Numbered from the stretch's first letter, positions 18,401 to 27,707 are shown. The stretch: 64,000 nt of DNA from a candidate division Kazan bacterium GW2011_GWA1_50_15 (GCA_001029795.1 CP011216.1:70903-134902), one strand, 5' to 3'. Program-made: numbers and translations. Notes: a model not told the origin generated them from the sequence alone.

Positions 18401-19973
18401 AGAATTCGTTATCTCGGATGAAGAGATATCTCGTCGGGCGGGGGAACTGATCGAACGCAAGTATGGCGCAGACCGCCTGGAGGATCTGGCGCGGCTATTT
18501 GGCGGTAGCGATAATTTTCTCAAAGCTATCCACTACAAAATTTTGTTGGGGGATAGGAACTTTGCCCGAGAAGATGTGGTGCACTACGGTATCGCTATCA
18601 ATACTTACAGTGATGCTATCAAGATATTCAAAGAAAACTTTATTGAGCAAGATAGTTCAGCTGATAGCACGACCTCTATTGCCAGACAAGAACAAAAAAA
18701 TCGTCGTCGGCGTGAAAATTGGGCTGGATTAAGCGAGACGGAAACACAACACGTTGTCAGTGACTTTATTGAAGCCCACGAAAAATTGGCACGGGTGTAC
18801 TTGCAGAGTGGTTATACACATTACGGTGATGCGCTTGAGATAGTAGGCAGAGGGGTTGAGGCTTTGAACAGGTTTGAGACTCAGATAAAAGAGCCGATTC
18901 GTCAAATAAATCTGCGGTTAATGTTGGCCGCCATTGATACCACGGCGCATCGATTCTCGGGTAATATTAAAGGTGCGCTGGAGCTGGCAGAGAAGTATGC
19001 TGACGGAATCGTAAAGCAGGCTGACACAATGTTAGTTGGTAGGTCAGAACAAGGTCACTCAGAGATTAAAACATTGACAAGCAATCTAGCTAGTTTCTAC
19101 GCCAACTACGGTACCTGTGAATCCAAGTCCAACAATTGGGACGGGGCGTTGGCGCTCTATGACAAGGCTTTAGTCTATGCTGAGTTGGCCGGTGATACAA
19201 AAAAGTGGTACCTCACGACTAATGCTAAAGTCTGGACTTTGGGACGCCAAGGTAAAGTGGATGAAGCCATCCGGCTGGGAAAGGAATTGTTGGAAGTAAG
19301 TGTAAAGAATGATTACAAATCTGGTATTCCCTTCTTAAAAAGTAACTTGGGTGAATTCCACAGGCGGCAAGGGGATTGGCAACAAGCTAAGAACTATCTT
19401 TCTGAGGCGCTGGAGATGGCTCGGGATTGGTCACCGGCTCAGGAGATAGGTATCTATACAAATCTGGTTAGCGTATTGGAGGCCGAGGGTAACTTTAGTG
19501 AAGCGCTCCGGGTTATGGATTTGACGATTGACGCTCTGGGGCAGAACAACGGTGACCGGCGTACAACAGGAGACATGGAACGACATAATCGGTACGTGGC
19601 TGAACGAGCGTTCATTCTGGCCAAGTTAGGCCAGTTCGAAGCAGCTATGGCAGTGGCGCAGAATGTACCTACCACTCAATTGACTAATCAAGCGACTAAG
19701 GGGTTTGTGGCCTTAGCTGAGGCGCTATGCGATGCCGGTCTTGGGGTAGAACCAGAGCGTACTCGGGCCAAATTCGTCGATAGTGTTGCTACCCTCAAAC
19801 AAGGTGGCGGGAGCCCAGAGGCTCTGATTGAGAGTGCATTATGGGAGCGTTCAATTGGTGGTGAGAGGGAATGTCAACGTTTGTTGACCGAAGCATTGAC
19901 TGCTTCAGAGCGTCAGGGAGAATATGGGTACTCTAAAAAAATCCGGGAGTTGATGTTGTCCCCGGACGAATAA
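15408..19973 (+). CDS. Class III nucleotidyl cyclase (two domains) fused to AAA/STAND ATPase and TPR repeats
   Basis: VLDLTPFT and FAGDE (C1), GDAANVAA (C2), Walker A AEAGEGKS, Walker B VVFEDIHWAD, C-terminal TPRs. Confidence 0.85.
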   Translation: MESLHGGRPGFVSQEDAGRPSTQDGGVLDIQRKIEALQAAEIKQLSNGEAVAGESEPPYEVIPDQERAEIEAIGRAAATVETRERNWRELQGTSLRAELARAEQAYLMGKAIPEYLLQNPESKPWVEEAGFVVLDLTPFTGLAEAEMREEGKGQGGKGAQRVNNLIRSVFGLIDIKARPAGGEVVGFAGDEVNYVFRGSGYKERMLHFASQVREAMQERKDVQISGGVAAGPVLFGYLEISDKRNLPIVLGETVVRAKKLQGNATAGDIYVADNLLPLLPEEAKIARGSGVALEYYQNYEVVGEYYDEQRKHEAEETSRGRTSFAEIERRAKFLHPSLNFDLRSEGLKRHLFDAERKSASLVFARLHNFREMQAQILEEVAAGEISTTLQKLEQFLGQVNQLAHKHHMLLEKFVPDDKPKIVLFGQRTPPAARAMKTSFGILDIADRMGLDISIGISSGKVYRGMTGVVAEVHGSLPPEETKEELGFIGDAANVAAHFASETPVGRIRTDRYTILDAEDTLRIEAEEVPGGQVLKSRRGHGHPYEIKRVESFGETLEHTSGARLVGRNAQVELINRTIDEAIREKCQRVVVVSAEAGEGKSLLTDTIITERYLERHPRRDNVEAFKGKSYSDSENTAYQLWRGVARKLFNVEDKDTPAEVLVRIESELTKLDPNYTQYAQLMAESFRLAKVEVEDSQRFPGFVGKAAEIFSRMLDERSKDKPVLVVFEDIHWADHPSLELLKYVLVQTKDSRVVYDLVMRPHAEKLKFLRIDPERRVDIELGPLEKKDWANFILAHFYIKGMRELAEHELAGDTSWRSDFQSETYKRIRANERLRDMTFKLSDGNPFQGRASLKGLTYYHEVYPDRVNPKTKEPYRFLVPYGSNEYRIRDYIDEATVKELSEGTGEGLRDAFRSLPKRAQQVFKFAAYLGRDFSLADVAELGEMSYEQLGEYMELGRRRNLIEDRDELTREELSFTHERIWEAVHNITADILVSVAGREFVISDEEISRRAGELIERKYGADRLEDLARLFGGSDNFLKAIHYKILLGDRNFAREDVVHYGIAINTYSDAIKIFKENFIEQDSSADSTTSIARQEQKNRRRRENWAGLSETETQHVVSDFIEAHEKLARVYLQSGYTHYGDALEIVGRGVEALNRFETQIKEPIRQINLRLMLAAIDTTAHRFSGNIKGALELAEKYADGIVKQADTMLVGRSEQGHSEIKTLTSNLASFYANYGTCESKSNNWDGALALYDKALVYAELAGDTKKWYLTTNAKVWTLGRQGKVDEAIRLGKELLEVSVKNDYKSGIPFLKSNLGEFHRRQGDWQQAKNYLSEALEMARDWSPAQEIGIYTNLVSVLEAEGNFSEALRVMDLTIDALGQNNGDRRTTGDMERHNRYVAERAFILAKLGQFEAAMAVAQNVPTTQLTNQATKGFVALAEALCDAGLGVEPERTRAKFVDSVATLKQGGGSPEALIESALWERSIGGERECQRLLTEALTASERQGEYGYSKKIRELMLSPDE

Positions 19974-19990
19974 CTTGCTAGAACTGATAC

Positions 19991-20212
19991 TCAAAAAAGT
20001 AGATCGCTTTCGCTTCCGTCAAAGCCTAACGGGGTAATAATCGAGGTGTCCGCGGGAGAAGATGGTTTGGTAGTCCATTGAGACGAGGTGGTAGCTGCTG
20101 CCAAGGCGTAGCCTAATACCATACCCAAAAGTACAACCAAAGCCAAGGCAAACATTAACTCGGTCTCTATGGTCCGGATGAGTTCCTTTTTAACAAGAGG
20201 TCTACTTGGCAT
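19991..20212 (-). CDS. Small single-TM protein, short paralog of the upstream gene
   Basis: Shares TM motif and C-terminal PxGFxGSE motif with 20228-21520. Confidence 0.7.
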   Translation of the reverse strand: MPSRPLVKKELIRTIETELMFALALVVLLGMVLGYALAAATTSSQWTTKPSSPADTSIITPLGFDGSESDLLF

Positions 20213-20227
20213 TTCGAGAGCGAAAAG

Positions 20228-21520
20228 TTATTGAGGCTCAACTTCGCTTCCGCCGAATCCGGTCGGGGCGGCACCAGAATCACCGGGGTTAGTGAACAGG
20301 TCAACGATGAGCAGGCCGACTTTCTTGAAGACATTCTGATCGCTGGCTGGGCTGAACATCTCTTTCAGGTCAGAGATGATTTGCTGGACGCCAAGAGCGA
20401 TTTTTACTCCGAAGCGTTGGGTGGCAGTCGTGGTATTTTCCGCCAGGATTTGATTTAAGACCGTTTGCGAGACATAGATCGAGTTCTTGGTCTGGGCGAT
20501 CTTGGCCTGCTCGGCGGCAAAGGCGTCGAGGGCTGTGCCGACCGCGGTCTTGGTCTCAACCGTGCTACCGCCGGTGGCGGGCGCAGTCAAAGCGCCAGCT
20601 ACTTTATCGAGCACGGAACCATTTTCCGGTGCACCAGGGTAAATAGTGGATTCCGGTGCACCCGGGTAGATAGAAGTGGTAGTATCCGGTTTCTCGGTGA
20701 TGGTTTTGATCGGCGCCGTAACAACCGCCGGGATGATGGTAACGGTAGCTGAAGCTACCGCGCCATCAGTGACAGCCTTCACCACCAGCTGACCAGTTTT
20801 CAGGGCTTTAAGCTGACCGGTAACCGAATTGATAGTGGCTAGAGAAGTATTATCAACTGACCAATTGATGAGCGCATTACTGACGGTAATGCCAGTATTG
20901 TCGCGAGGTAAGGCGATGAAGGTGTACTCACCACCGACTGTAACGGTAGCTGAGCCGGGCAAAATATTTAGCGAAGCCACCGGCTTGACCGCCGGAGCAT
21001 CGCTAACAGTGCCAGGAACGAGGGCGATGCGGCTCAACGTTTCGCCGCCAACGAACGTAATAACTAGTTGGTTGTCGTTGGCAAGATGAGCAGCTCCCAA
21101 TGGGGAAGCGACTAATGTGTTGTTGATTTGGACACGAGAGAACTCGCCCCAAGCGAACGCGCTACCAGTGAATGGTTCGTCCAGACTAAGGGTGAACACA
21201 TAGTTGGCACCGGTGGCTTGGCCGCGGGCACCAGCCGTGGTCTGCGCCACATCACTGGGCGAGACGTTCGCGGGGGTCAACCGGACGCGATAAGCGCCGG
21301 CTACGTTTTTGGTGGAGAAGTTCAGGGCGCTATATGAACGGCCACCGATCATGAATGACTGGGTGGTTTGGGCGATCTGAATGTCGCCGGTGACCAGCTC
21401 GGTGCCAGCTAAGGAATATCCAAAAATAGCTCCCAGCACGACCAAAACGGCCAAGGAAGCTTCTAGCTCTTTTTCGACCAGCCCCCAAAGTTTGTGGAAA
21501 ATGGACGGTTGTTTTTTCAT
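20228..21520 (-). CDS. Membrane-anchored protein with bacterial Ig-like (Big_2-type) domain
   Basis: N-terminal TM; INWSVDNTSLATINSVTGQL Big_2 pattern; IYPGAPE tandem repeat; TTGACA-17-TACAAT promoter upstream. Confidence 0.8.
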   Translation of the reverse strand: MKKQPSIFHKLWGLVEKELEASLAVLVVLGAIFGYSLAGTELVTGDIQIAQTTQSFMIGGRSYSALNFSTKNVAGAYRVRLTPANVSPSDVAQTTAGARGQATGANYVFTLSLDEPFTGSAFAWGEFSRVQINNTLVASPLGAAHLANDNQLVITFVGGETLSRIALVPGTVSDAPAVKPVASLNILPGSATVTVGGEYTFIALPRDNTGITVSNALINWSVDNTSLATINSVTGQLKALKTGQLVVKAVTDGAVASATVTIIPAVVTAPIKTITEKPDTTTSIYPGAPESTIYPGAPENGSVLDKVAGALTAPATGGSTVETKTAVGTALDAFAAEQAKIAQTKNSIYVSQTVLNQILAENTTTATQRFGVKIALGVQQIISDLKEMFSPASDQNVFKKVGLLIVDLFTNPGDSGAAPTGFGGSEVEPQ

Positions 21521-21628
21521 TTTATTTTTCTTTTGAGGGGCTATTATAAATTACCCTTTCACTCCATTGTAGCACAAAAATCAGATTATGTCAAGGGTTT
21601 TGATGTGGCCGACCATAAGACCAAAAGA

Positions 21629-21657
21629 TGGATCCCCCGGTCAAGCCGGGGGATGAC
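21629..21657. repeat. REP-like palindrome, family 3 (single unit)
   Basis: TGGATCCCCCGG-TCAAG-CCGGGGGATGAC. Confidence 0.65.
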
Positions 21658-21763
21658 GGAGAGGGGAAGATGAACAAAAATCAGGTTTAGTCAAGAGTTT
21701 TGGTGGAGCGGGTCTGTAAATAGTAGTTTGATTTTTGCGCTTCGGTGGGGCATAATTCTTACT

Positions 21764-22846
21764 ATGTTATATGCAGTGATAGTGGCCGGTGGGCAGGGGA
21801 CCCGGCTGTGGCCGGCGAGCCGGCGGGACAATCCGAAGCAGATCAAGCCGTTTGTGGGTGGCCGGACCATGCTGCAAAAAACCTATGAGCGGGTGAGCAA
21901 GATAGTCCCGCCCAATAATATTTGGGTGGCTACCAACGTAGCTTACCGAGATGAGTTTTGTCAGCAATTGCCTGGGTTGTCACCCGAGCGTTTGATATTG
22001 GAGCCGGCTAAACGGAATACAGCGGCAGCGGTAGGACTGGCGGCGGCAGTGTTGGCCAAGCATGACCCAGAGGCCATCATGATTAACGCCTGGGCGGATC
22101 ATTTTATTCGCTTTGAAGATGAGTACAAAAATAAAATTCTATTAGCGGAAAAAGTTCTGCGAACACACCCCGATTATTTGATAGATATTGTGGCAGAGCC
22201 GGAGTATCCGGCGACGGGGTTTGGGTATTTGGAAGCGGGTGGGGAACTAACAACCATTGACGGAGTAAAAGCGTATAAGGCGGTTAGGTTTATAGAGAAG
22301 CCGAATTTAAAAATGGCTCAGGAGTACTTGGCGGCCGGGAACTTTTACTGGAACACGGCGATTTTTGTGTGGAAGGTTAAAACCCTCCTCACTTTATATG
22401 AACGGTACTTGCCCCAGATGTACACCGGCCTAATGAAAATCCAAGCGGCGTGGGGGACCGATAAGCAAGAACAGGTATTAAATGAGATTTTTCCGACTCT
22501 GGAGGCGATCTCGATTGACTACGCCATTTTTGAGAAAACCGACAAGCTGGCTCTTATCCCGGCCGAGTTGGGCTGGCGGGATGTCGGTAGTTGGCAGGCC
22601 ATCTACGATATCTTAACCGAGGCCAAGGATGGGGTGGTCCAAAAGGGCAGGGTGATGGCGGTGGACGCTAAGGACACCTTGATTTTTAACGAGAACGAGG
22701 GTAAGTTGGTGGCTGTAGTTGGGGTTTCGGATCTGGTCATCGTGGACACTAAAGATTCGCTTCTAGTTATGCAGAAGAGCAAAGACCAGGATATTAAAAA
22801 GATCATTACGCAGTTGGAAGAAAAGGGGGAAGTGGAGAGATTGTGA
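21764..22846 (+). CDS. manC: Mannose-1-phosphate guanylyltransferase
   Basis: AGGQGTRLWPASR..PKQ, EPAKRNTA, FIEKP, SIDYAIFEK, WRDVGSW. Confidence 0.93.
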   Translation: MLYAVIVAGGQGTRLWPASRRDNPKQIKPFVGGRTMLQKTYERVSKIVPPNNIWVATNVAYRDEFCQQLPGLSPERLILEPAKRNTAAAVGLAAAVLAKHDPEAIMINAWADHFIRFEDEYKNKILLAEKVLRTHPDYLIDIVAEPEYPATGFGYLEAGGELTTIDGVKAYKAVRFIEKPNLKMAQEYLAAGNFYWNTAIFVWKVKTLLTLYERYLPQMYTGLMKIQAAWGTDKQEQVLNEIFPTLEAISIDYAIFEKTDKLALIPAELGWRDVGSWQAIYDILTEAKDGVVQKGRVMAVDAKDTLIFNENEGKLVAVVGVSDLVIVDTKDSLLVMQKSKDQDIKKIITQLEEKGEVERL

Positions 22847-22899
22847 GAAGCTGGTAAACAGGTAAGCGGGTAAGTAAGAGAGTGGTGAAACACTATCTC

Positions 22900-22956
22900 G
22901 TCATTCTGAACTCGTTTCAGAATCTGGGATGGATCCTGAAATAAATTCAGGATGAC
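22900..22956. repeat. REPIN-like paired palindrome, family 3
   Basis: GTCATTCTGAACTCGTTTCAGAATCT ... GGATCCTGAAATAAATTCAGGATGAC. Confidence 0.75.
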
Positions 22957-22984
22957 GGAAAAGGGCTTCGCTCAGGGAATAAAT

Positions 22985-24295
22985 ATGAATAAGAGGATTT
23001 GGTTAATTAGTTTTATTGCGGTGGTGCTGGTGGGCGCTGTTGTTGTGGACATTCCGCCGGTGGCGAAGTTTTTGGGTTTGAAGACCGGGTTTGCCGTGCA
23101 CCAGGGTTTGGACCTGCAGGGTGGAACACATTTGGTGTATCAGACCGATTTGTCGAAGGTGAGCGCCGAAGGAGCGGCTGACGCGGCTACCGGTGTGGTG
23201 GAGGTGATTCGGCGGCGGATCGACGCACTGGGGGTAACTGAGCCGACTATTCAAAAAACTCGCGACAACTCGCGAGTGATCGTTGAACTGCCCGGAGTGA
23301 AAGATGTCAACGAAGCGATTAAGTTGATCGGGGAGACGGCTCAGTTAGAGTTTAGAGAAGGAGTTGAGGGTAAAAGCATTGAAGGGGATAATTTCAAATC
23401 GGAAAAATATGAGGATTGGAAAGAAACTAGTTTGACCGGCGCCAACTTCCAAAAGGCCGAGGTACAGTTCGACCAGAGCAACTCAGCGATAGTCCCCAGG
23501 CCTCAGATCGGGATCCAGTTCGATGAGGAAGGGCGGAAGTTGTTCGCCGAGGTGACTGGGCGGAATGTAAATAAACCGCTGGCGATATTTTTAGATAAAG
23601 AGCTGCTGTCGGCGCCGACCGTGCAAAGTAAGATCGATAGCGATTCGGCGATCATCACCGGTAACTTTGATCTCCCGGCCGCTAAACAGTTGGCGATCCA
23701 ATTGAATGCTGGCGCATTGCCGGTGCCGATCACGCTGGTGTCGCAGAGCAATATCGGAGCCACTCTAGGCACCGAGTCGGTTCAGAAAAGCATTATGGCT
23801 GGGTTGATCGGACTTCTGCTAGTCATCCTGTTCATGCTGATCTACTATCGTTTGCCGGGGCTGATCGCTTCGGTGGCGTTGCTTATTTATGCCCTGATCA
23901 CACTAGCGATATTTATTGTTCTGCCGGTGACCCTGACCCTGGCTGGGATAGCCGGTTTTATCCTATCGGTGGGGATGGCGATCGATGCCAATATTCTCAT
24001 TTTTGAACGCATGAAGGAGGAGTTGCGGTCGGGGAGTCCGCTGGTTTTAGCTATTGATACCGGTTTCAAGCGTGCCTGGACTTCAATCCGAGATTCTAAT
24101 ATTTCCTCGCTGATTACCTCAGTCATTCTCTATTATTTTGGTTCAAGTCTGATCCGCGGATTTGCGGTTACTCTGGGGATAGGTATTTTGGTGAGTTTAT
24201 TCACGGCGTTAACGATCACGCATACGATTTTGCGGGGAGTGGCTGAAACAGGGCTAAAGAATAAGTTGGGCTGGTGGAGCGGAGGAGTGAAATGA
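22985..24295 (+). CDS. secD: Protein translocase subunit SecD
   Basis: GLDLQGG, RRIDALGVTEP, GALPVP, AIDANILIFER. Confidence 0.97.
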   Translation: MNKRIWLISFIAVVLVGAVVVDIPPVAKFLGLKTGFAVHQGLDLQGGTHLVYQTDLSKVSAEGAADAATGVVEVIRRRIDALGVTEPTIQKTRDNSRVIVELPGVKDVNEAIKLIGETAQLEFREGVEGKSIEGDNFKSEKYEDWKETSLTGANFQKAEVQFDQSNSAIVPRPQIGIQFDEEGRKLFAEVTGRNVNKPLAIFLDKELLSAPTVQSKIDSDSAIITGNFDLPAAKQLAIQLNAGALPVPITLVSQSNIGATLGTESVQKSIMAGLIGLLLVILFMLIYYRLPGLIASVALLIYALITLAIFIVLPVTLTLAGIAGFILSVGMAIDANILIFERMKEELRSGSPLVLAIDTGFKRAWTSIRDSNISSLITSVILYYFGSSLIRGFAVTLGIGILVSLFTALTITHTILRGVAETGLKNKLGWWSGGVK

Positions 24296-25203
24296 ATATT
24301 CTAGGAACACGCAAAATTTGGCTGACCGTTTCCGGCTTGCTAGTCTTGGCCAGTATTGTGGCGATGATCACTTACGGATTTAAGCCTGGGATCGACTTTG
24401 CTGGCGGGAGTTTGCTAGAGATGCGAATTGAGAATGTCGAGCAGGCAAAGCTACCGGCGGACACAAGTCTGGAAGCCTATATTATCCAAAGTTTTAAGGC
24501 AAGCGCGGGGCAGGACGTGATCGTTCAGCGGGAAGGTGAGAACCAATTTTTACTGCGGACCAAAGCCATTACCAACGAACAGAAGAATATTTGGCTGAGC
24601 AGTGTCAATGATGTGCTGCCGCAGGTGACTGAACTTCGCTTCGAATCGGTTAGCCCGACTATTGGCGCCGAAGTGGTTCGCAAGGCGGCGGTAGCCGTCA
24701 TTTTGGCGGTGCTGGCCATTCTTTTGTATCTGGCTTATGCGTTCAGACGCGTACCGCGGCCGACCAGTTCATGGCAGTTTGGTATGGCTGCTATTGCCGC
24801 TCTTGCCCATGATGTGACTATTTTGCTGGGTGCGTACGCGGTGCTAGGACACTTTTTAGGGGCAGAGGCGGACAGTATGTTCATTACCGCGCTTTTGACC
24901 CTACTCGGATTCTCTGTGCACGATACCATCGTTACTTTCGACCGACTACGGGAGAATCTGCTGCGCCGGGGCGGAGCAGATTTTGAGCGCAAAATGAATG
25001 ACAGTATCATAGAGACCGTCACGCGGTCGATCAACACCTCGTTCACAGTTGCCTTGGTGCTGGGGGCAATGGTCTTGATGGGTGGCGGGAGCATCTTTTT
25101 CTTCACCCTAGCGCTTCTTATCGGCATTGTAGTGGGAACGTACTCCTCGATTTTCGTGGCTTCACCGCTGCTGCTCTGGTGGCATAATTTGTCTAATAAA
25201 TGA
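24292..25203 (+). CDS. secF: Protein translocase subunit SecF
   Basis: GIDFAGG, ALAHD, SVHDTIVTFDRLREN, GTYSSIFVA. Confidence 0.97.
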   Translation: MNILGTRKIWLTVSGLLVLASIVAMITYGFKPGIDFAGGSLLEMRIENVEQAKLPADTSLEAYIIQSFKASAGQDVIVQREGENQFLLRTKAITNEQKNIWLSSVNDVLPQVTELRFESVSPTIGAEVVRKAAVAVILAVLAILLYLAYAFRRVPRPTSSWQFGMAAIAALAHDVTILLGAYAVLGHFLGAEADSMFITALLTLLGFSVHDTIVTFDRLRENLLRRGGADFERKMNDSIIETVTRSINTSFTVALVLGAMVLMGGGSIFFFTLALLIGIVVGTYSSIFVASPLLLWWHNLSNK

Positions 25204-25395
25204 GCGCTCAGGCGGCGCTCAACCCGCCGTTACTTTCCTCTTGGGGAAAGTAACCAAAGCCGTGGCCCGGACAGTTCCGGGCCTATTCATTGGCTAAATC
25301 ATCTTTCCGCTTACGCCAAACTCGCTCCGCTCAAACAGTGGCTTCGCAGCAATGATTTAGCTCAATTCAGCACGACCCTCCACTGACGGGCCCAC
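25201..25395 (+). repeat. Structured element, family 1, copy C
   Basis: P1 TGAGCGC/GCGCTCA begins at the secF stop; pseudoknot GGCG/CGCC; AAACTCGCTCCGCTCAAACA. Confidence 0.8.
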
Positions 25396-25401
25396 CATGA
25401 T

Positions 25402-26178
25402 TCATGATTCGTGATTCACGATTCGGTTTCCGGCGACTTGGCGGAGGGCGGCGCGGTAGGTGCAGAAGTCGCAATCCGGAGCTGGGTCAGGAAAGTTATC
25501 GGAGAGCAGGCACTCGCGCATTTTAACTAAGACGGGATCGATCCAGTCAGTTTTGCCGATATAGGGGATAAGTTTGATCTCAAACTCCAATTTGCCGTCG
25601 AAGGCCTTGGCGTCCCGTTTGCCGTTGCAGTAAACAAAATAGGCGGTGTCTGCGACCGTAAAGCCATTCTTGCGGAACAGCCATTGGTAGATCTCGACCT
25701 GTCGCTTGTAGCCGTCCTGCCACTCAGCATCGAGGGTGACCTCTTTGTCCTTACTGGTGGCTTTGTAATCCACAATGATAAGTTCGCCAGTGGGAGTAAC
25801 CCAGACATCGTCGATGCCGCCGTAGATGTGAAAGTTGGTGGCGGGGTCCAAGTGTTGAATGCCGCTACGAGCGTTACGCCAGATATCCAAATCCGTGTGT
25901 TGGTAGGGCACCGCATCAAGGCCGTAAGTTTGCATCAAAGGATGCGGGGTACCGGCGGCGCGATGGACATCAAACTCTTTTTTCAAGAGGTGGTCCACTG
26001 CCGCGTTTAAACTAAAGGGATATCCGGGCGGCTGGGCTACGCCCAAGCGCACATCCAGATAAAAACAACGAGGACATTTGATGAAGTTCTCGATCTTGCT
26101 GCGGCTTAATTTGTGGGGGGCGGGGACACTGGGATCAAACAGACCCCGAGTGCGCCGGCCGGTGTAATAATCGGACAT
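25402..26178 (-). CDS. PD-(D/E)XK nuclease family protein (Cas4/RecB-like, Cys-containing)
   Basis: CPRC, GGIDD...IVDYK, QVEIY, CDFC. Confidence 0.85.
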   Translation of the reverse strand: MSDYYTGRRTRGLFDPSVPAPHKLSRSKIENFIKCPRCFYLDVRLGVAQPPGYPFSLNAAVDHLLKKEFDVHRAAGTPHPLMQTYGLDAVPYQHTDLDIWRNARSGIQHLDPATNFHIYGGIDDVWVTPTGELIIVDYKATSKDKEVTLDAEWQDGYKRQVEIYQWLFRKNGFTVADTAYFVYCNGKRDAKAFDGKLEFEIKLIPYIGKTDWIDPVLVKMRECLLSDNFPDPAPDCDFCTYRAALRQVAGNRIVNHES

Positions 26179-26221
26179 AATTTAGACAAAAAAGACTTTC
26201 CCATCATAACACACCCCTTAT

Positions 26222-26378
26222 GGTGGAGGTGAGAGCGGGGCAGCTTAAATCTTAATAGGGAGGGAGAGCAGACCGCTTGGTTGAACGAAGTGAAACTCAG
26301 CTTTGCTGACGGGCGTCGAGAGGGAACCCACTGGTGCCCTCTCGAGATGTTATGTCACGCCCCGTTCCTCTCTCGAGA
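26222..26378. repeat. Palindromic element, family 2 (right-half-like copy with fragments)
   Basis: GAGCAGA...GAACGAAGTGAAACTCAGCTTTGCTGACGG and CTCGAGAG hairpins shared with 33008-33242. Confidence 0.7.
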
Positions 26379-26400
26379 CAATTCGTTATAATAGGCAGGT

Positions 26401-27681
26401 ATGGGGAGAAGTTTACAAAAACCTAGGGGGACGCAAGACATCCTGCCGAGTGAACAGCGGTATTGGTTTTGGGTGGAGGATACTTGGCGGGAGATAATGC
26501 TCGCGGCCGGGTTTGGTCGGATCATTACTCCCACATTTGAGGATACCGATCTGTTTGTCCGCGGAGTGGGGGAGACGACCGACATTGTCAGCAAGGAGAT
26601 CTATTCATTCAAAGATAGGAGCGGCAATGCTATCGCCTTGCGTCCAGAAGGCACAGCCGGGGTAGTGCGGTCCTATATCGAGAATGGTATGCACAAAGAG
26701 CCCCAGCCGGTGAAGTTGTATTATTTTGGGTCGATGTTTCGCTATGATCGGCCACAGGCCGGGCGGTATCGTGAGTTCTATCAGGCCGGCGTGGAACTGC
26801 TGGGCGAACTGGACCCGATCGTGGACGCGCAGATCATCGCCATCGTGATGAAATTTTACGCCAAACTGGGACTGAAAGATTTAACCGTTCAAATCAACAG
26901 TATCGGCGACGCCAAGTCGCGGCCCAAGATCCATCGGGCTCTGATAGACTTTTTGTCAGCCCATCGGCGAAGTCTGTGCGAGGACTGCAAGCGGCGGATG
27001 GCAAAAAATCCGCTCCGAGTTTTGGATTGCAAAGAAAAGTCATGCCAATCTGTTGTTGATGAAGCTGGCGGAGTAGTGTTAGACAATTTGAACACGGAAT
27101 CCAAAAATTACTTTACGAAAGTACTAGAATATTTGGATGACATGGGGGTAGAGTACGAACTGAACCCGCGGTTGGTTCGAGGGCTAGACTACTACACCCA
27201 TACTGTTTTCGAAGTCATGACTAAGACGGGCGGATTGTCGGTGGGAGCCGGCGGCCGCTACGATGGGCTGGTAAAACTGTTGGGTGGGCCCGACACCCCG
27301 GCGGTCGGTTTTGCGGTGGGGGTGGAGCGCACGATCGAGTTGGTTAAAACACAGGGTGTGAATGTCCCCGAACCGATGCGACCCAATGTATTCGTGGTGC
27401 AGTTGGGTGACGAGGCCAAAAAGAAAGCGATCTTAGTTATAGATCAGCTGGATAAGGCTGGTTACCAAGTGGCGCATGCTCTAGGGCGCGGCAGTATTAA
27501 ATCTCAATTGCGGGTTGCGGATCGGTTAGGTACTAATTTGGCGGTGATCATCGGCGAAAGAGAGGTACACAGCAAATCCGTAATTATTCGCGATCTAACC
27601 GATGGGGCGCAAGAGTCGATCATTGATCGCGACATGCTGCGTACCGTACAAAGAAAATTGAAGGAGAGAAAAAACCGATAA
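26401..27681 (+). CDS. hisS: Histidine--tRNA ligase
   Basis: PRGTQD, LRPEGTAG, FRYDRPQAGRYREF, VRGLDYY, GGRYDGL. Confidence 0.98.
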   Translation: MGRSLQKPRGTQDILPSEQRYWFWVEDTWREIMLAAGFGRIITPTFEDTDLFVRGVGETTDIVSKEIYSFKDRSGNAIALRPEGTAGVVRSYIENGMHKEPQPVKLYYFGSMFRYDRPQAGRYREFYQAGVELLGELDPIVDAQIIAIVMKFYAKLGLKDLTVQINSIGDAKSRPKIHRALIDFLSAHRRSLCEDCKRRMAKNPLRVLDCKEKSCQSVVDEAGGVVLDNLNTESKNYFTKVLEYLDDMGVEYELNPRLVRGLDYYTHTVFEVMTKTGGLSVGAGGRYDGLVKLLGGPDTPAVGFAVGVERTIELVKTQGVNVPEPMRPNVFVVQLGDEAKKKAILVIDQLDKAGYQVAHALGRGSIKSQLRVADRLGTNLAVIIGEREVHSKSVIIRDLTDGAQESIIDRDMLRTVQRKLKERKNR

Positions 27682-27707
27682 GAATCGAGTAAGCGAAAGG
27701 ATTGGCG

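Noticed and set aside
20620-20675. 27-bp tandem repeat (IYPGAPE x2)
   Set aside because: Ordinary in-frame duplication in a linker; no further signal.
25402-26178. Cas4 of a CRISPR system
   Set aside because: No cas1/cas2 or array nearby; fits a stand-alone PD-(D/E)XK nuclease.
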